A DNA stretch of 63,985 nt, filler included, from Piptocephalis cylindrospora (taxonomy: Eukaryota): assembly GCA_003614145.1 (NCBI GenBank). It is 4 parts of 4 records of this genome, joined end to end, with 100 filler letters (N's around TTAATTAATTAA, not from the genome) between each part and the next. Parts side by side here need not be neighbours in the genome. Positions count along the whole stretch, not along the records: positions 50,783 to 63,985 come from KZ987946.1; 3 more parts are not named here. One strand, given 5' to 3'. Of the stretch, positions 52,525-63,985 are shown piece by piece. The translations under genes and the position numbers were made by a program. Within the stretch, counting starts at the first letter, position 1. Each line of letters begins with the position of its first letter. The notes under the pieces are model-generated. The model saw only the letters and a list, made by a program, of their open reading frames with translations. It was not told the origin of the DNA and searched no databases.

Positions 52525-53103
52525 ATGCATTCCATCATCGCCGTTGCCCTGATCAGTCTGGTGCCCGCCCTGTCGGCTTTCCCATCGCATTCACTTTACA
52601 TGAACACGGCCGACGAGGCTTTTGGACAGAATGCTTGTGGGGTCCAAGGTGGATGTGGTGGTGCCCTCACCTATCAATTTCCCATGCAACCCCCGGGCCG
52701 AATGGTTCAGCCAGCTCCCTTGGCTTTCCAGCCCAATCCCGCCAGGATTCAACCTCCAGCTGTCCGTGTCACTAGTGAGGTCCGAACCGCCGGCCCTCCC
52801 CAGGCCTTTAGTGTCGGTCAAGGCTCGTTGCAAGAAGGAAGCTCTTCCTTCCGGGTTCTGGGCCAAGGAGTCACCTCGACCTGTCTGGATGATGCCACGA
52901 TGCAGCAGCCCCAGTTAAGCCAAGAGGAGCTTGGTGGAAACTACAAGGGGAATAAGAGAGAGGATGTGTATCAAGGAAAGTACCCAAGTGGCGAAGATCA
53001 AGAGACATATGAGCAGACTCAGCCCCAATATGGTAAGGCCCAGTATGGCCAATTCACTTGTCCCCAGGCTTCCTATGCCTCCAAGGGCATCTCGGCCTGC
53101 TAA
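52525..53103 (+). CDS. Orphan secreted Gln/Gly/Pro-rich protein (192 aa)
   Basis: Signal peptide MHSIIAVALISLVPALSA, TATAAAA near 52405, intronless. Confidence 0.7.
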   Translation: MHSIIAVALISLVPALSAFPSHSLYMNTADEAFGQNACGVQGGCGGALTYQFPMQPPGRMVQPAPLAFQPNPARIQPPAVRVTSEVRTAGPPQAFSVGQGSLQEGSSSFRVLGQGVTSTCLDDATMQQPQLSQEELGGNYKGNKREDVYQGKYPSGEDQETYEQTQPQYGKAQYGQFTCPQASYASKGISAC

Positions 53104-53733
53104 GGACTGCTATACTTTCCAGTCTAGATTCGGTCTTGATTTGAGATGATTTAGGAAAAGTGGCATTTCAGGAAATACATCATCAGTACTCTGAGGACCA
53201 TTGGTATTCTGTATATAATATATCTCATCCCAGTAGTAGATGAACCAAGGCAATGGTCAAGATGCTTCATATACACTAATCCGAGGCGGTCAAGGATAGA
53301 ATGGGACGTTCTACATGTCCATCCCATGCTCAGTCAATACAATATGAAAGCACATTGAGATGCACGAGCCAGCGATAGTCTACGCCAGATGTAGGGACGG
53401 AAGGGCCATCTTGATGAGATGACCTTGTACTTCGTATAGAGGATGGGAGAGGGGGTGTGAGTGTGGGCGTGTGTGGGCGGGTAAGGAGGACTCTAAGAGA
53501 ACGAGCATGGGAGATAGGAAAGGACAGGATGATGAAGCATGCTAGGACTATTCCGTCTTTTCATCCTTCATCTTTCCTCTTCCTCTTTGTCTCCTCTCGT
53601 TTCTTCTTGTAGTTTGGTTCCAGTGGTCATCCCGTGGCTTGGTACTGACATACCAAACGTGATAAATAGTTAACCTCCAACACGAGACTCCCTCTTCCTT
53701 CCTTCCTCTTCCCATCCCCTCCACAAGACAGAG

Positions 53734-54489
53734 ATGCCTCAGAGCCCTAACTTAGACATCACAGTGGAGGAGACAGGGGTCGAGGGTGTGCACTTGGTAT
53801 CTTCCCCAGAACAACAGACTTCCTTGCTCCAGCACCTCACCTCTGCCGCTCAGACCACCCAGGGAGACCCCAGTCTCGGGAGAGACCAATTCACCAACAC
53901 GGACCCAGCCCCTACCCCGTTCACTCCAGTGGCCGGATGGGTGGCCAAGGCGCGTCTGGCCGCCCGATGGAATGAGCTCCCCAGCAATGCCAAAGTCTTC
54001 TTCAACATGTGCTCTCACCCCATCATGCCGGTAACTAAACGACCCGAAGATGCCTCCCTATCCCTGGGTCCCATAGGTCAGGTCACTGATAAAGGTAAGG
54101 GAGCATACTGGAGAAAATGGGCTTATTCAAGGAAAGAAGCCAACATCTCATCACAATATTCCTGTCTGGGCCCCGCTTTATCCTTTTAGAGGGGAATCAG
54201 TCCATTGTCCTGGATGCATGTGTTCACCCAGATATCCTGGCCAAGGCGAGGACTGATTTCGCCTTTAAGATATACCTTGCTCAACTCGCCGGTCTTTGGG
54301 CTTGGAAAAAGCATGGCTTCCTTCTTATTAACCAAGGTATATATATCATTTGGCCGAGCCCTTTAGGGAACTAGAAGGGCATGGAGAAACTCATTATCCT
54401 AAATATCTTGCATAGGTCCTACGTTTCCAAATATGCTCTGTAAAGGTACTATTCAGCAACAACGTGTACGCTTTTCCGAATCTTCATAG
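53734..54489 (+). CDS. PIH1-N domain protein (R2TP-like cochaperone)
   Basis: PVAGWVAKA..KVFFNMCSHP..SLGP..DK|EG..VLDACVHP..FKIYL; three exons, stop 54487-54489. Confidence 0.75.
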
Positions 54490-54797
54490 ATGCGCTTTCT
54501 TTCCAGTATTTGTGTCTGGTCAATGAATGGTAAAAAGTGCGCGGAATAGACATTTATTATTACGCCTTATTAGTTTATGGGACATTGCATCATTCTCGCT
54601 GCTGCTAGGAACAGGTACAGCCATGCTGCCTGCTTATAAGCACCCCAGTGAATGCATATGAGTTCCAAGCGCCTAGTTCCGTCCATATTCCCCTTTCTTC
54701 CCCACAATCCCAATCTCCATGCCCCCCCCCCGGACTATCCCTCACCTCACCCCAGGTGATCACGTACCGCCGGACCCTTCAACAAGCCTTGGCCTTG

Positions 54798-56018
54798 ATG
54801 CTTAGTCGGCAAGGACCCCTTTTACGAAGGTACACTCGTCGATCCAACCAACATGCCGTCCAACCCACCCCGTCGGCCCAGAAGCCAACAGAAGCTCTGG
54901 CTGGCATGATGCAGACCCGGCTCTTGGCCCAGGACCGTGTCTCTCCTACCCTTCAGTATGCTTCAGCTATTGATCTTGCCCTGCGTCAAGCGACCGTGGC
55001 GGTAGATCCACTAGTACGTCAGCACATTGCCCGCATCCTTCCAAAACGGCCGTTTCCCTCTGTAATTCAGATCGGCCACCTTCTGGATCAGGCCCTGGAG
55101 GAATGCGGTCCTTCGGTCCTCCTTTACAATACCGGTATCCGCGCTTATCTTCGCGTCAAAGCCATGGACGAGGCCCACACACTTCTTCAGACCATGATAG
55201 CCACCGCCGATGCCCCTAGAAAAAGCAGGGAGGAGGCGAGTCATCCACCCCTCCATCCGACCGCTGCTTCCTTTACCCCCTTAATCCATGCTCTTTTGGA
55301 TACTCGGCCGGCCCAGGCCATTACCTTGTACCGGGAGATGACTCGACGATCCCTTGTACCAAAGACTGCCCCGGGTTATGCTGTCCTACTTCAGGTCCAG
55401 GCATATCTGGGAGACGATGCTGGCGTCAGTCGTATTTGGGCTGAGATGCATGCTACTGGTATTCGACCTTCCCCTTCGGCCCACTCCACCCACCTGAGTT
55501 TTTGGTGGGCACGGGGTAATATGGACGTATGTGTCGAGGCCTTCCAAGCTGCTCTTCGTGACAAGGCCCTTCCTCTTCATCGTCAGCGCCTCCTCACCGA
55601 CCTCGCTCTTGCCTTTGCCCGTGAGGGCTATGTTGAATCTGCGGTCCAGGTCCTCCCCTTCCTCAAGGCCCCTCTAGTCCCTAATGTCCGACGTACCGTC
55701 CTCCAAGCCTGCTTCCTCCAGGGCGAAGGCTGGTTGGCCAAGCATGCTTGGGATGTCCTGGCTGATATTGATCGCTCGACTCCGTCCTCAAAACCGGAGG
55801 TGTCTAGGATAGTAAAGGAGTCTTTGTCTCCCCATACTCCCCACGAACATCGCACATCCTCCTCCAGTGCTGGGACGGACCCAGGGGATCTAGAACCATC
55901 AACCACGTCCTCCAACCTCGTCAAGATGAGAGCAAGGCGCTCATCATGGTCCGAGGCCCAACCAGCTCTTTCACCTCATTTAGCCTTTTCCGGCACCTCA
56001 TCATTGGGTCACAATTGA
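54798..56018 (+). CDS. Mitochondrial pentatricopeptide-repeat protein
   Basis: Presequence-like MLSRQGPLLRRYTRR; PPR motifs LYNTGIRAY..AHTLLQTM, SFTPLIHA..LYREMTRRSLVP, GYAVLLQ..IWAEMHATGIRP. Confidence 0.75.
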   Translation: MLSRQGPLLRRYTRRSNQHAVQPTPSAQKPTEALAGMMQTRLLAQDRVSPTLQYASAIDLALRQATVAVDPLVRQHIARILPKRPFPSVIQIGHLLDQALEECGPSVLLYNTGIRAYLRVKAMDEAHTLLQTMIATADAPRKSREEASHPPLHPTAASFTPLIHALLDTRPAQAITLYREMTRRSLVPKTAPGYAVLLQVQAYLGDDAGVSRIWAEMHATGIRPSPSAHSTHLSFWWARGNMDVCVEAFQAALRDKALPLHRQRLLTDLALAFAREGYVESAVQVLPFLKAPLVPNVRRTVLQACFLQGEGWLAKHAWDVLADIDRSTPSSKPEVSRIVKESLSPHTPHEHRTSSSSAGTDPGDLEPSTTSSNLVKMRARRSSWSEAQPALSPHLAFSGTSSLGHN

Positions 56019-56909
56019 TCCCCCCCTCCCTCTTTCTTTCCATGAGTGGGAAAGATGCTTGGATGTACCCATCAATGCTGTATCATGTTTGTGGTTTTGC
56101 ATTACTTTCCAGTCAATAAACCGACATTTTCGATCTTTTTGCCTAATAATAATAATAACCTGAATATTAACAACAATAATAATAATAATAGCCAGTCAGC
56201 GATCTATTAGACAAGGTCTCCGGCTGAGGGCAGCATGCTTGTTACCTCGATGTAGTATCCTTTCATAGGGACATGCGATAATCAAGCATTGCTAAAAGGG
56301 GGACCCTCATCGATTATTCCAAAATTGGCCACTGCGATGGCACGCATTAACCGCACCTATGCATGTTGTTTTTAAAATTAGCCAATCCAATTTCCACCCT
56401 CTTTCAATCTAGCCACACAAGACAGACAGTATGGTTACCTACTTTTCTCGGGTTGAGGTACTGCTCAAAAAATAGTGCCTACATTATTTGTAGTCGTTTT
56501 CCCCCTCGTTCTCCATTTATTTTCGTTATTTTGCCGAGGTCTAGTCTTCGTCCCATCAGAGCTATTTGTCATGGCCATTTTTACCTGGATCATCACAGCA
56601 CTACTATGGCACAGCCTACATGTTGCCACACACCAAAAGGCACCCCGTATCGCCCGGGCTTCAATCCCGTTCCGAGTCAGCGTTCGCCTTTTTCTTTTCT
56701 TTTGGCACCTCCTCCTCTCACCTCCCCGCATTCAAGGCCTCATTGCCTTTTGTCCGGTTCCTCTTCTTCCCCTTGCTCCACTGTACGCTATTACCCGCCA
56801 CTTGCCCTTCTCCTCTCTCCCTTTCCCCTCCCCTCCCCCATCCTTGCTGGTGCCTTGATCCTGCAAGACCAGCTAGAAGCACGCGTCGGCCCAAATCTCT
56901 CAGACGGTC

Positions 56910-59900
56910 ATGTTGTCTCTACGGGGCTCTCTTGGCCGGCTTCACCCAAGTCATCAAGCCTTACGTAGACACCAGGTCGCCGGCCCGGCTGCGGGTCTGT
57001 GTCCAGGAAGGTCCGTCTTCCCTACCGCTGTCTCCAGAGCTGCCCCGGTCCGCGGAGGAGCATCGGCCACCGTGGCCCTCACCCCCAATCCCAGCATCAC
57101 CTCCACGACTCCCCACCTCCCTTCCTCCCTCTATGCCCCTGCCCCTGCACAAATGATCCGTTTGTCGGAAGAGGATATCTTCAAACCGGATAGACAGGCT
57201 GACACTGAGCAAGTCGCTATCCTTCACGCGTGTCTCAAGTCCGGCAATATCACTCGAGCCCACGAGATTCTCCAGGACCTCGAACAACGCAATCCCAATA
57301 TTGTCCGGGATCACTTTGGCATTCAGGTGCATAATGCTTTTATCGGTGCTTACCTCGCCATGCGACCTCGACCCTATTCGCGACAGGCTCTCAAGTGGTT
57401 TGACCGCATCAAAGCCAACAATATGGTCCCAGATATCTCCACCTACTCTATCCTTATTTGCGGCTTCCTCCATGCCGGCTCCCCCACCACCGCCAAGATC
57501 CTTCTACAAGAGATGAGCTCCGAGGGCTTCCCTCTCTCTGAGCTCCTGGCTAATCCCAACCTCTCTGAGGAGGACGTTGAACAGATCAAGGAAATTGCCA
57601 ATATTACCCCCTCTACCCCTGCTCCAAAGGCTAAGTCGGGCCCTAACTTTGAGTCGGTCCTTCCCCTTCCCCAACAGCAGGATGGATGGAGCCATTCAGA
57701 TGCAGATCTCACCTCTGCCCCCCTTCCTGAGATTCGAAAATTCGGAGATGTTGTTGGTGTTCGCCTCATGCAACAGGCCCTTAATACTCTGAGTACGACT
57801 GAGCTTAACAGATACGAGCGCCAACTTCGGCTGGAGGAACAAGCCGTCACTGAATCTTTGGAGAAACTTCGGGCTGCCAACGAAGCCCGCGGAGGTTCCA
57901 TCCCCACGCCTCCCCCCCTCAAGGCCCTGATGTGGAAGTGGCATTTGGCTCTGACTCAGGCTATCAAGCAACGTCAGGTGGAGAGCGCTCCCACGGCCAT
58001 TCAAGGGCTTGACGGATCCGATATCAATGGCCTCACCATGGATGTTGAAGCCGATGACATTAGTGAATCTCAGACCCGAGCGGAGAGGAATGTCGACAAA
58101 CTTCTTTCTCTCATCGATCCTGAGCGCCTGTCCATCCTTACCATCAACGAAGTTCTTCGCCAGCACGCTGGATCTACCGGAGATGGTATCAAGGCTGGTA
58201 AAGCCATTTCCTCCTTGGGTCGTGACATTGAACAAGAGTATGGCCATCAAACTTACTCTCGGCAGAGCAAAAAGAGCAAACAACACAAAACTTGGCTGAC
58301 CATCAAGGCCAACCAACAACTAGATGATAGTGCTATGTATGACATGGAAAAGAGGAGCGAGGCCACGAGGTCATTGAGGGAATCCGGTGAACTGGAGCAT
58401 TACGGTATCCGGTCTTACTTTACCCTTTCTACCCGTACCCGCATCGGCGGCCTCCTTATTTCCATGCTCCTGGATTGTGCTAAGGTCATGGTAGATGGGG
58501 ATGAGGTTTCCGCCATGTACTTGAGTGTTTTGATCCAGCGTGGCCAGCGTCTCGGCGTCATTGGGTTTCATCCCAAGATCCTTTCTTATCTCTCCAGGGA
58601 ACGAGTGTCTGAGGTAAGGAACTTTGCCGAGCCTTTTTGATGGCTTTAACTGATATATCCGCTCCCATTTTATATAGTCCTTGGATCCTCGGTACCTTCC
58701 CATGCTTGTTCATCCCCGTCCCTGGGTGACCTATAACAACGGAGGCTATATCACTAAGCCCTCCTATTGTATGCGCATCAAGGGCAGTCGGGAGCAGCTC
58801 GAGTACTTGAAGCAGGCCGGATCCCAGGAGCAGATGAATGTGGTGCTAGCCGGTCTTGATGTCCTGGGATCCACCCAATGGAGAATTAATCGGCCCATCT
58901 TTGATTTGATCCTCAAGTCGTGGAACACAGGTGAAGCTTATCCTTCCATTCCTCGGTACATTACGAGCCCAGTTCTGCCCAAGAAGCCTGTGTCCCTTAC
59001 GGAAGAGGAGACCGCTGATACCTCCAAAGTTCAACAACACCGAAAAGAGATAAAGCTCTGGTACCGGGAGTGCCAACTGGCTCAACGTGAGTATCAGAAT
59101 GCCCATTCTCAGCGATGTGATGTCAACTACAAGGTCGAGATTGCCCGAGCCTTCCTCAATGAGTCACCCTTCTTCTTCCCCCACAACCTCGACTTCCGCG
59201 GGCGCGCCTACCCCATCCCTCCGCTTTTCAATCATCTCGGTAATGACCTATGCCGTGGTCTACTTGAGTTTGCCGAGGGAAAGCCTCTAGGGTCTCGCGG
59301 TCTCCAGTGGCTGAAGATCCAGGTCGCCTCCTTGGCTGGATATGACAAAGCCTCCCACGAGGAACGCTTGACCTATGCTGATGAACATTATGCTGACATT
59401 GAAGATTCTGTCGATCGTCCCTTTGAGGTAAGTCATTGTTTCGGTAAGGGCATGGGCTTGCATGTACTTTTTCTTACGCCTCTTACTTCACAGGGCAATG
59501 GTTGGTGGCTCAAGGCTGAGGATCCCTGGCAGTGCTTGGCCTCTTCCATGGAATTGGTCAACGCTATGCGGAGTGGAAAGCCCGAGGAGTATGTCTCCCA
59601 CCAGCCTATTCATCAGGACGGAACATGTAACGGCCTGCAGCATTACGCTGCCCTAGGAGGGGATGTGGATGGTGCCATCCAAGTAAATCTCCTACCCTCT
59701 GAACGACCCCAAGACGTCTATACCGGTGTGGCTCGCTTGGTCATCGAGTCGGTCGAGCAGGATGCTAAGGAGAATAACCCCTCTGCCAGGGTTTTGCTTG
59801 GCCGGATCACTCGGAAGGTTGTGAAGCAAACCGTTATGACCAATGTCTACGGTGTCACCTTTGTCGGGGCCCGGGAGCAGATTGAGAACCGGATGCGAGA

Positions 59901-61206
59901 AATCGTCGGTATGGATGAGGACATTGCCAAGATCAATGCCGAGCTGGCAGAGTTAGCCCAGAGCCAGAAGGAGGGAGAGGAGAAGGTGGTCCCAACCCCT
60001 AAAATCACCCCGTACAGTGTCTCCCTCTACTTGACCAGCAAAGTCTTCCAGTCTCTGGACCAAATGTTTAGTGGGGCTCAGCAGATCCAGGCGTGGTTGA
60101 ATGAGAGTGCCCGTAGGATTGCCAAGAGTGTGCCCGCCGAAACCATCGAGGAGATCCAGCGCCTTAAACAACAAGAAAAGCTCTCCTGCTCTCTTGGGGG
60201 CGAGCCCTTGCCCAAAGATGTAGTCAGGATTACCGTACCCCAAAGTAAGGCCATAACTTCGGTGGATACTAGACTACGACGCAAATCTGGCGTGTCCCAG
60301 CTGTATAGAGCACAATTGACCAAAGTAGAAGGTCTATTGAAGGTGATCCTTCGCCATACCATGAGCGAAAAGAAGGATATTAGTCTTCGGATTATCCCAC
60401 TCCCGTTGGAGGATGATGCTAAGAAAAATGTACTTCGGGTCCGGTTCAAGTCCTATGGCCCCACCGTAACTAAGAGTAAACCCTGCTCGGATTCCGTAAA
60501 AAGTCCAATGCCCAAGCCGATCTCTTCCCTGCCCAGAAAGGATGTACGTCAACTCACTTCGGTGATTTGGACCACACCTTTGGGTCTCCCCATTGTTCAG
60601 CCCTACCGGAAGAAGATGGGACGCGTTATTCGTACGGCCCTCCAAGTGGTCACCATCAATGATCCAGATGTGGCTACCCAGGTCAATGTTCAAAGGCAAC
60701 GGACGGCCTTTCCTCCCAACTATATCCATTCTCTGGATGCCACCCACATGCTTCTCTCCGCTGTGGCTTGCAGGCAACGTGATCTCACCTTTGCCGCCGT
60801 CCACGATTCCTACTGGACTCATGCCGCTGACATCGATACTTTGAACGCCATTCTCCGGGAACAGTTCATTCACATGCACTCTCAGCCCTTGATGGAAAAT
60901 TTGTACAAGGAGTTTGTCGAGCGGTACCAGGGCTACAAAGTTCCTGCTTCCGTGTACATGGATGCCAAGACCGAGGCAAATACCTCAGAGCTAGAGACTG
61001 AAATGGACGATGATGACGAAGTAATGAGTACTGTATCATCCGACCTCGAGGGCACGAGGAAGCACTCCAAGACTGAATCGAACGCAAGGCCCAAGGAGTC
61101 CGTTGGCTCACGAAAAGCATGGGTCGACCTGGTCTTTGATCCTTTACCCCCACGGGGCACCTTCAATGTTAGTCAGGTGCAGAAGAGTACCTATTTTTTC
61201 CATTAA
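56910..61206 (+). CDS. RPO41: Mitochondrial T7-type RNA polymerase
   Basis: Presequence, PPR-like N-terminus, LDFRGRAY, motif A HQDGTCNGLQH, motif B RKVVKQTVMTNVYG, motif C VHDSYWTH, C-terminal YFFH; introns 58614-58677 and 59428-59493. Confidence 0.97.
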
Positions 61207-62527
61207 TCAGGTTTGTGGGATGTGCGAGATGTGTTGCGTTGATGAGGAGCATTTTATCATGTTTTTCCATCCCTTCTCTTTCTTGTGGCTATGTAATGCC
61301 ATCAAACGAAAAGTGGAGAGGGACAATATATTGATGAGTGTTTTTTTGTACACGGCTCTTCCTCGTTCTACAGAAAAGGGGAAAAGATTGATGGGTTAAG
61401 GGCATTACCAGACGGCACACTAAAATACGGTTGTTACTACGGGATATATCTAAGATGTAAATGATATTAATGAATCCGTTATATTTCCCCCAGAGAAACG
61501 AAACAGCCTTTTAGGTTCCAAGCACAGCACCTGCCTAAAAGACCGGCATGCGTAGTACTAGAAGCATTGTCCTCAATGCGTACCTTATACTCGAGGCTTC
61601 ATGGACATCCCAGGCACTTAAAACTCACCTTCACTTGAGGAGATATCCGTCACCAGGAGGGCCATTCGATCAATTTAGAATATCTGGTGATCCGGAGGGG
61701 AGGGAGGAAGCATATCATCATCCTCTTACCATATGCGTCATGGGGTATTTGGGATGCTGATGATAAACTCATTTTATTTTTCCGATGAGGTAAGCATTTG
61801 GGCCTCCGGACGCATCATCACCTATAGGGCTAGCTTTAGCGATACATTAGTCAGGTATATCATCACCATTAAATATAGCGAATAACCTTTTATGAATTAA
61901 CTTTTGATCGAAAGAAAAGATTTGATCGTCTAAATTGCTTGAAAAGAAACGTATCTGAGGATATTGGTACACATTATATATGTTCTTAAGAATAAATGAA
62001 AGATCAAAGATGCAGACTAACCCTTGTCCATCATCAATGAGGATTTTTTTTCTTTCAATTTTGGCATCTTTAAATGAAGGGCTTATAAAGCATGAAAATA
62101 ATCCAGGTATAAATTTGCTAAAAGACGTATGACCAAAGGCGTATTTTTATAATTAAAAGCAAGTCAACAAAGTCTGGAAAGATGAAAGAATTGTCGTGAA
62201 TGAATCCCCCCTAGATGAGAGAGGTATACCGAGAGTCGAAAGGGGGGGACGGATAGGGGACACAGAGTGAGGGCGGGATACGATGTGTGTGTGTGTGTGT
62301 GGGGATGAAGGGTGAGGATGATGATCCCATCCCTACTCATAGGGATGGGTATAAAAGGATGGATGTACGGGTGCAACCCATACTCTGGATCCGATGGCAG
62401 CTTTGCTCATTACATACTGACACTGCCATCCAGATTTAGTCCGTAACAATGCATTCATCCATAGCGATTAGTCCCACCCCTCATTGAGATCAAGACAATA
62501 GTTTTAGCAGAAACAACAGAATTGTAT

Positions 62528-62601
62528 GTTCTGGTGGTGTAGTTGGTTATCACGTGCGCCTCACACGCGCAAGGTCTCCGGTTCGAACCCGGGCTAGAAC
62601 A
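62528..62601 (+). tRNA. tRNA-Val(CAC)
   Basis: Acceptor stem GTTCTGG/CTAGAAC, A box TGGTGTAGTTGG, anticodon arm TGCGC-CTCACAC-GCGCA, B box GGTTCGAACCC, downstream T run. Confidence 0.95.
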
Positions 62602-62805
62602 TGTGCTTTTGTCGTATTAGGTGCATCATTATTTTTGTTTTTGGTGCTCGAGGGAATGAACTACCGCTATGGGGATGGCGAAGACAAAAAAAGCACGCCA
62701 AAAGAACAGAAATGGTGATAGGGATAGGAGAAGCATGGTAAAGACACACAAAGGCTTGTATAAAAGGACAAATGAACGCATAGAAGTAGAGGAGATAGCG
62801 AGTGA

Positions 62806-63692
62806 TTAATCATCCTTGCTCATACTCCCTTGCCTCTCCACCGGTTGCTCAGAGGGAGGGAGAGGACCAGTTGAAGAAGTCTTTGTTCCGGTCATTACCC
62901 CAGTCTCGGAGGGGTCGGGGGTAATGATGGAGGAAGAGGAGGGCTCTTGAGAAGCCTCAGAAGGGGGAGAGGAGGGGTGATGGGGATCCCTCATCACCTC
63001 GTCCTTCTGTCCTTGCCAATCCTCAGCACTTAGACCATCAATAAACCTTTCCACCCTTTCCACCTCTCCCTCCCCTTCTCCTCCCCTCTCCTCCTCAGTG
63101 GTAGTGGATTCGGTCTTGGACGGGAGAGGGGAGGTGGAGGAAGGGGGAGGGTCATTCCCATCGGACTTGGAGGAACCCTGAAGACTCTGGAGGAGACCAG
63201 TCAACCGGACATCCACATCCTTGACCTCGATACCACAGACACGAGCAATGAGCCTCCGGTAAAGAACTTCCTTCTCCCGGCGCCTTCGCCCCTCATCTTC
63301 CTCCATTGAAGGGGAAGAGGAAGTCTCTTCTCTTTCTCCTCGGATCCGGGTGTAAAGGGAGCGAAGTTCAGTTTGTAACTCCTGCTCTAGGGATTCAGCA
63401 GCCTCAATTCTCTTGCGTAGGCTGTGAACCTGTTGCTCCAGGACTTGACCCTCCCTCTCACCCTGGGTGGCATCAGAGGCGATGACCCGACCCAGGTGTC
63501 TTTCCTCCCTCTCCACCTCGGCCACCTCCTCCCCGAGCCTACGGAGACGTTCCGCCTCTCTTCGGGCCTCGGCCAATTCGGCCGTGGCCTCCCTAAGCCT
63601 GGTTTGGGCATCGGTGGCCTCCCTTTCTTTGGCGGCAATTTCCACGCCAAAATCGGCTTCCATGGCATGGATCATCCGATCGACCGTGGCCA
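62806..63692 (-). CDS. C-terminal part of an SBF/MBF subunit (Swi6/Cdc10/Mbp1 family), truncated by a gap
   Basis: Coiled coil followed by LYRRLIARVCGIEVKDVD..LTGLLQSL, matching the family's C-terminal heterodimerisation motif. Confidence 0.72.
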
Positions 63693-63734
63693 NNNNNNNN
63701 NNGCGATGACCCGACCCAGGGGTCTTTCCTCCCT

Positions 63735-63985
63735 CTGGGCAGGTTAGGCATGGTTCGGGCCCTACTTCGACACGGTGCCGATGCGAGTCGGGTCAACCTT
63801 GCAGGAGAATCCGCCCTGATGCGAGCTGTCCTCGTCACCAATGGTTATGAAAGAGGCGTCTTTGAGGAGATGTTATCCCTTCTTGGGGCCTCCGTGGGTC
63901 AAAGGGACTACCGGGGCCGTACCCTCCTTCATCACATTGCCGGCCTGGCCGGTGGGAAGGGCGAAGCCCCACCTGCGCGGTATAA
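63735..63985 (+). CDS. Ankyrin-repeat fragment of an SBF/MBF subunit, in inverted orientation
   Basis: LGRLGMVRALLRHGAD..NLAGESALMRAVLVTNGY..FEEMLSLL..RDYRGRTLLHHIA..GGKG..ARY. Confidence 0.78.
   Translation, partial: MGRLGMVRALLRHGADASRVNLAGESALMRAVLVTNGYERGVFEEMLSLLGASVGQRDYRGRTLLHHIAGLAGGKGEAPPARY

Noticed and set aside
56363..57156. Long ORFs overlapping the RPO41 start as uORFs
   Set aside because: They are low-complexity pyrimidine-rich leader translations, and with the transcription start unknown there is no support.
59428..59493. 22-aa insertion VSHCF..TSQ in RPO41
   Set aside because: It is a 66-nt GTAAGT..CAG intron that happens to be in frame and stop-free.
60130..60555. Intein in RPO41
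   Set aside because: No C-terminal His-Asn followed by Cys/Ser/Thr and no recognisable splicing blocks.
56910..61206. T7-like polymerase as a phage or linear-plasmid insertion
   Set aside because: It has spliceosomal introns, a presequence and a PPR-like N-terminus, as expected for ordinary nuclear RPO41.

Overview
Compact, intron-rich fungal nuclear scaffold with short GT-AG introns. The gene content (augmin, CFIm25, WDR83, LAMTOR4, PRKRIP1, SR protein, Zn2Cys6 factors, GH18 chitinase) suggests an early-diverging fungus, possibly Zoopagomycota/Mucoromycota; this is an inference. About 35 protein-coding genes were reconstructed by hand, mostly housekeeping (BET1, ERG3, metacaspase, TPT1, PCS60, CFIm25, MET22, KIN28/CDK7, RRP14, ECM4, RPO41), plus one tRNA-Val(CAC). 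Three artificial 100-bp N-TTAATTAATTAA-N linkers and two contig-end chimeras point to an amplified or fragmented assembly. The most interesting items are: a tail-to-tail pair of paralogous Zn2Cys6 factors beside a chitinase; a 70-aa small ORF with a conserved-looking C-terminal motif; a possibly myristoylated methyltransferase with a degenerate SAM motif; three orphan secreted proteins, one ricin-B-like; a ~140-aa insertion in the mitochondrial RNA polymerase; and LAMTOR4/HAUS3/Nkp2-like genes. No transposon, CRISPR, rRNA or secondary-metabolite cluster was seen. Family assignments come from recalled motifs, not database searches.
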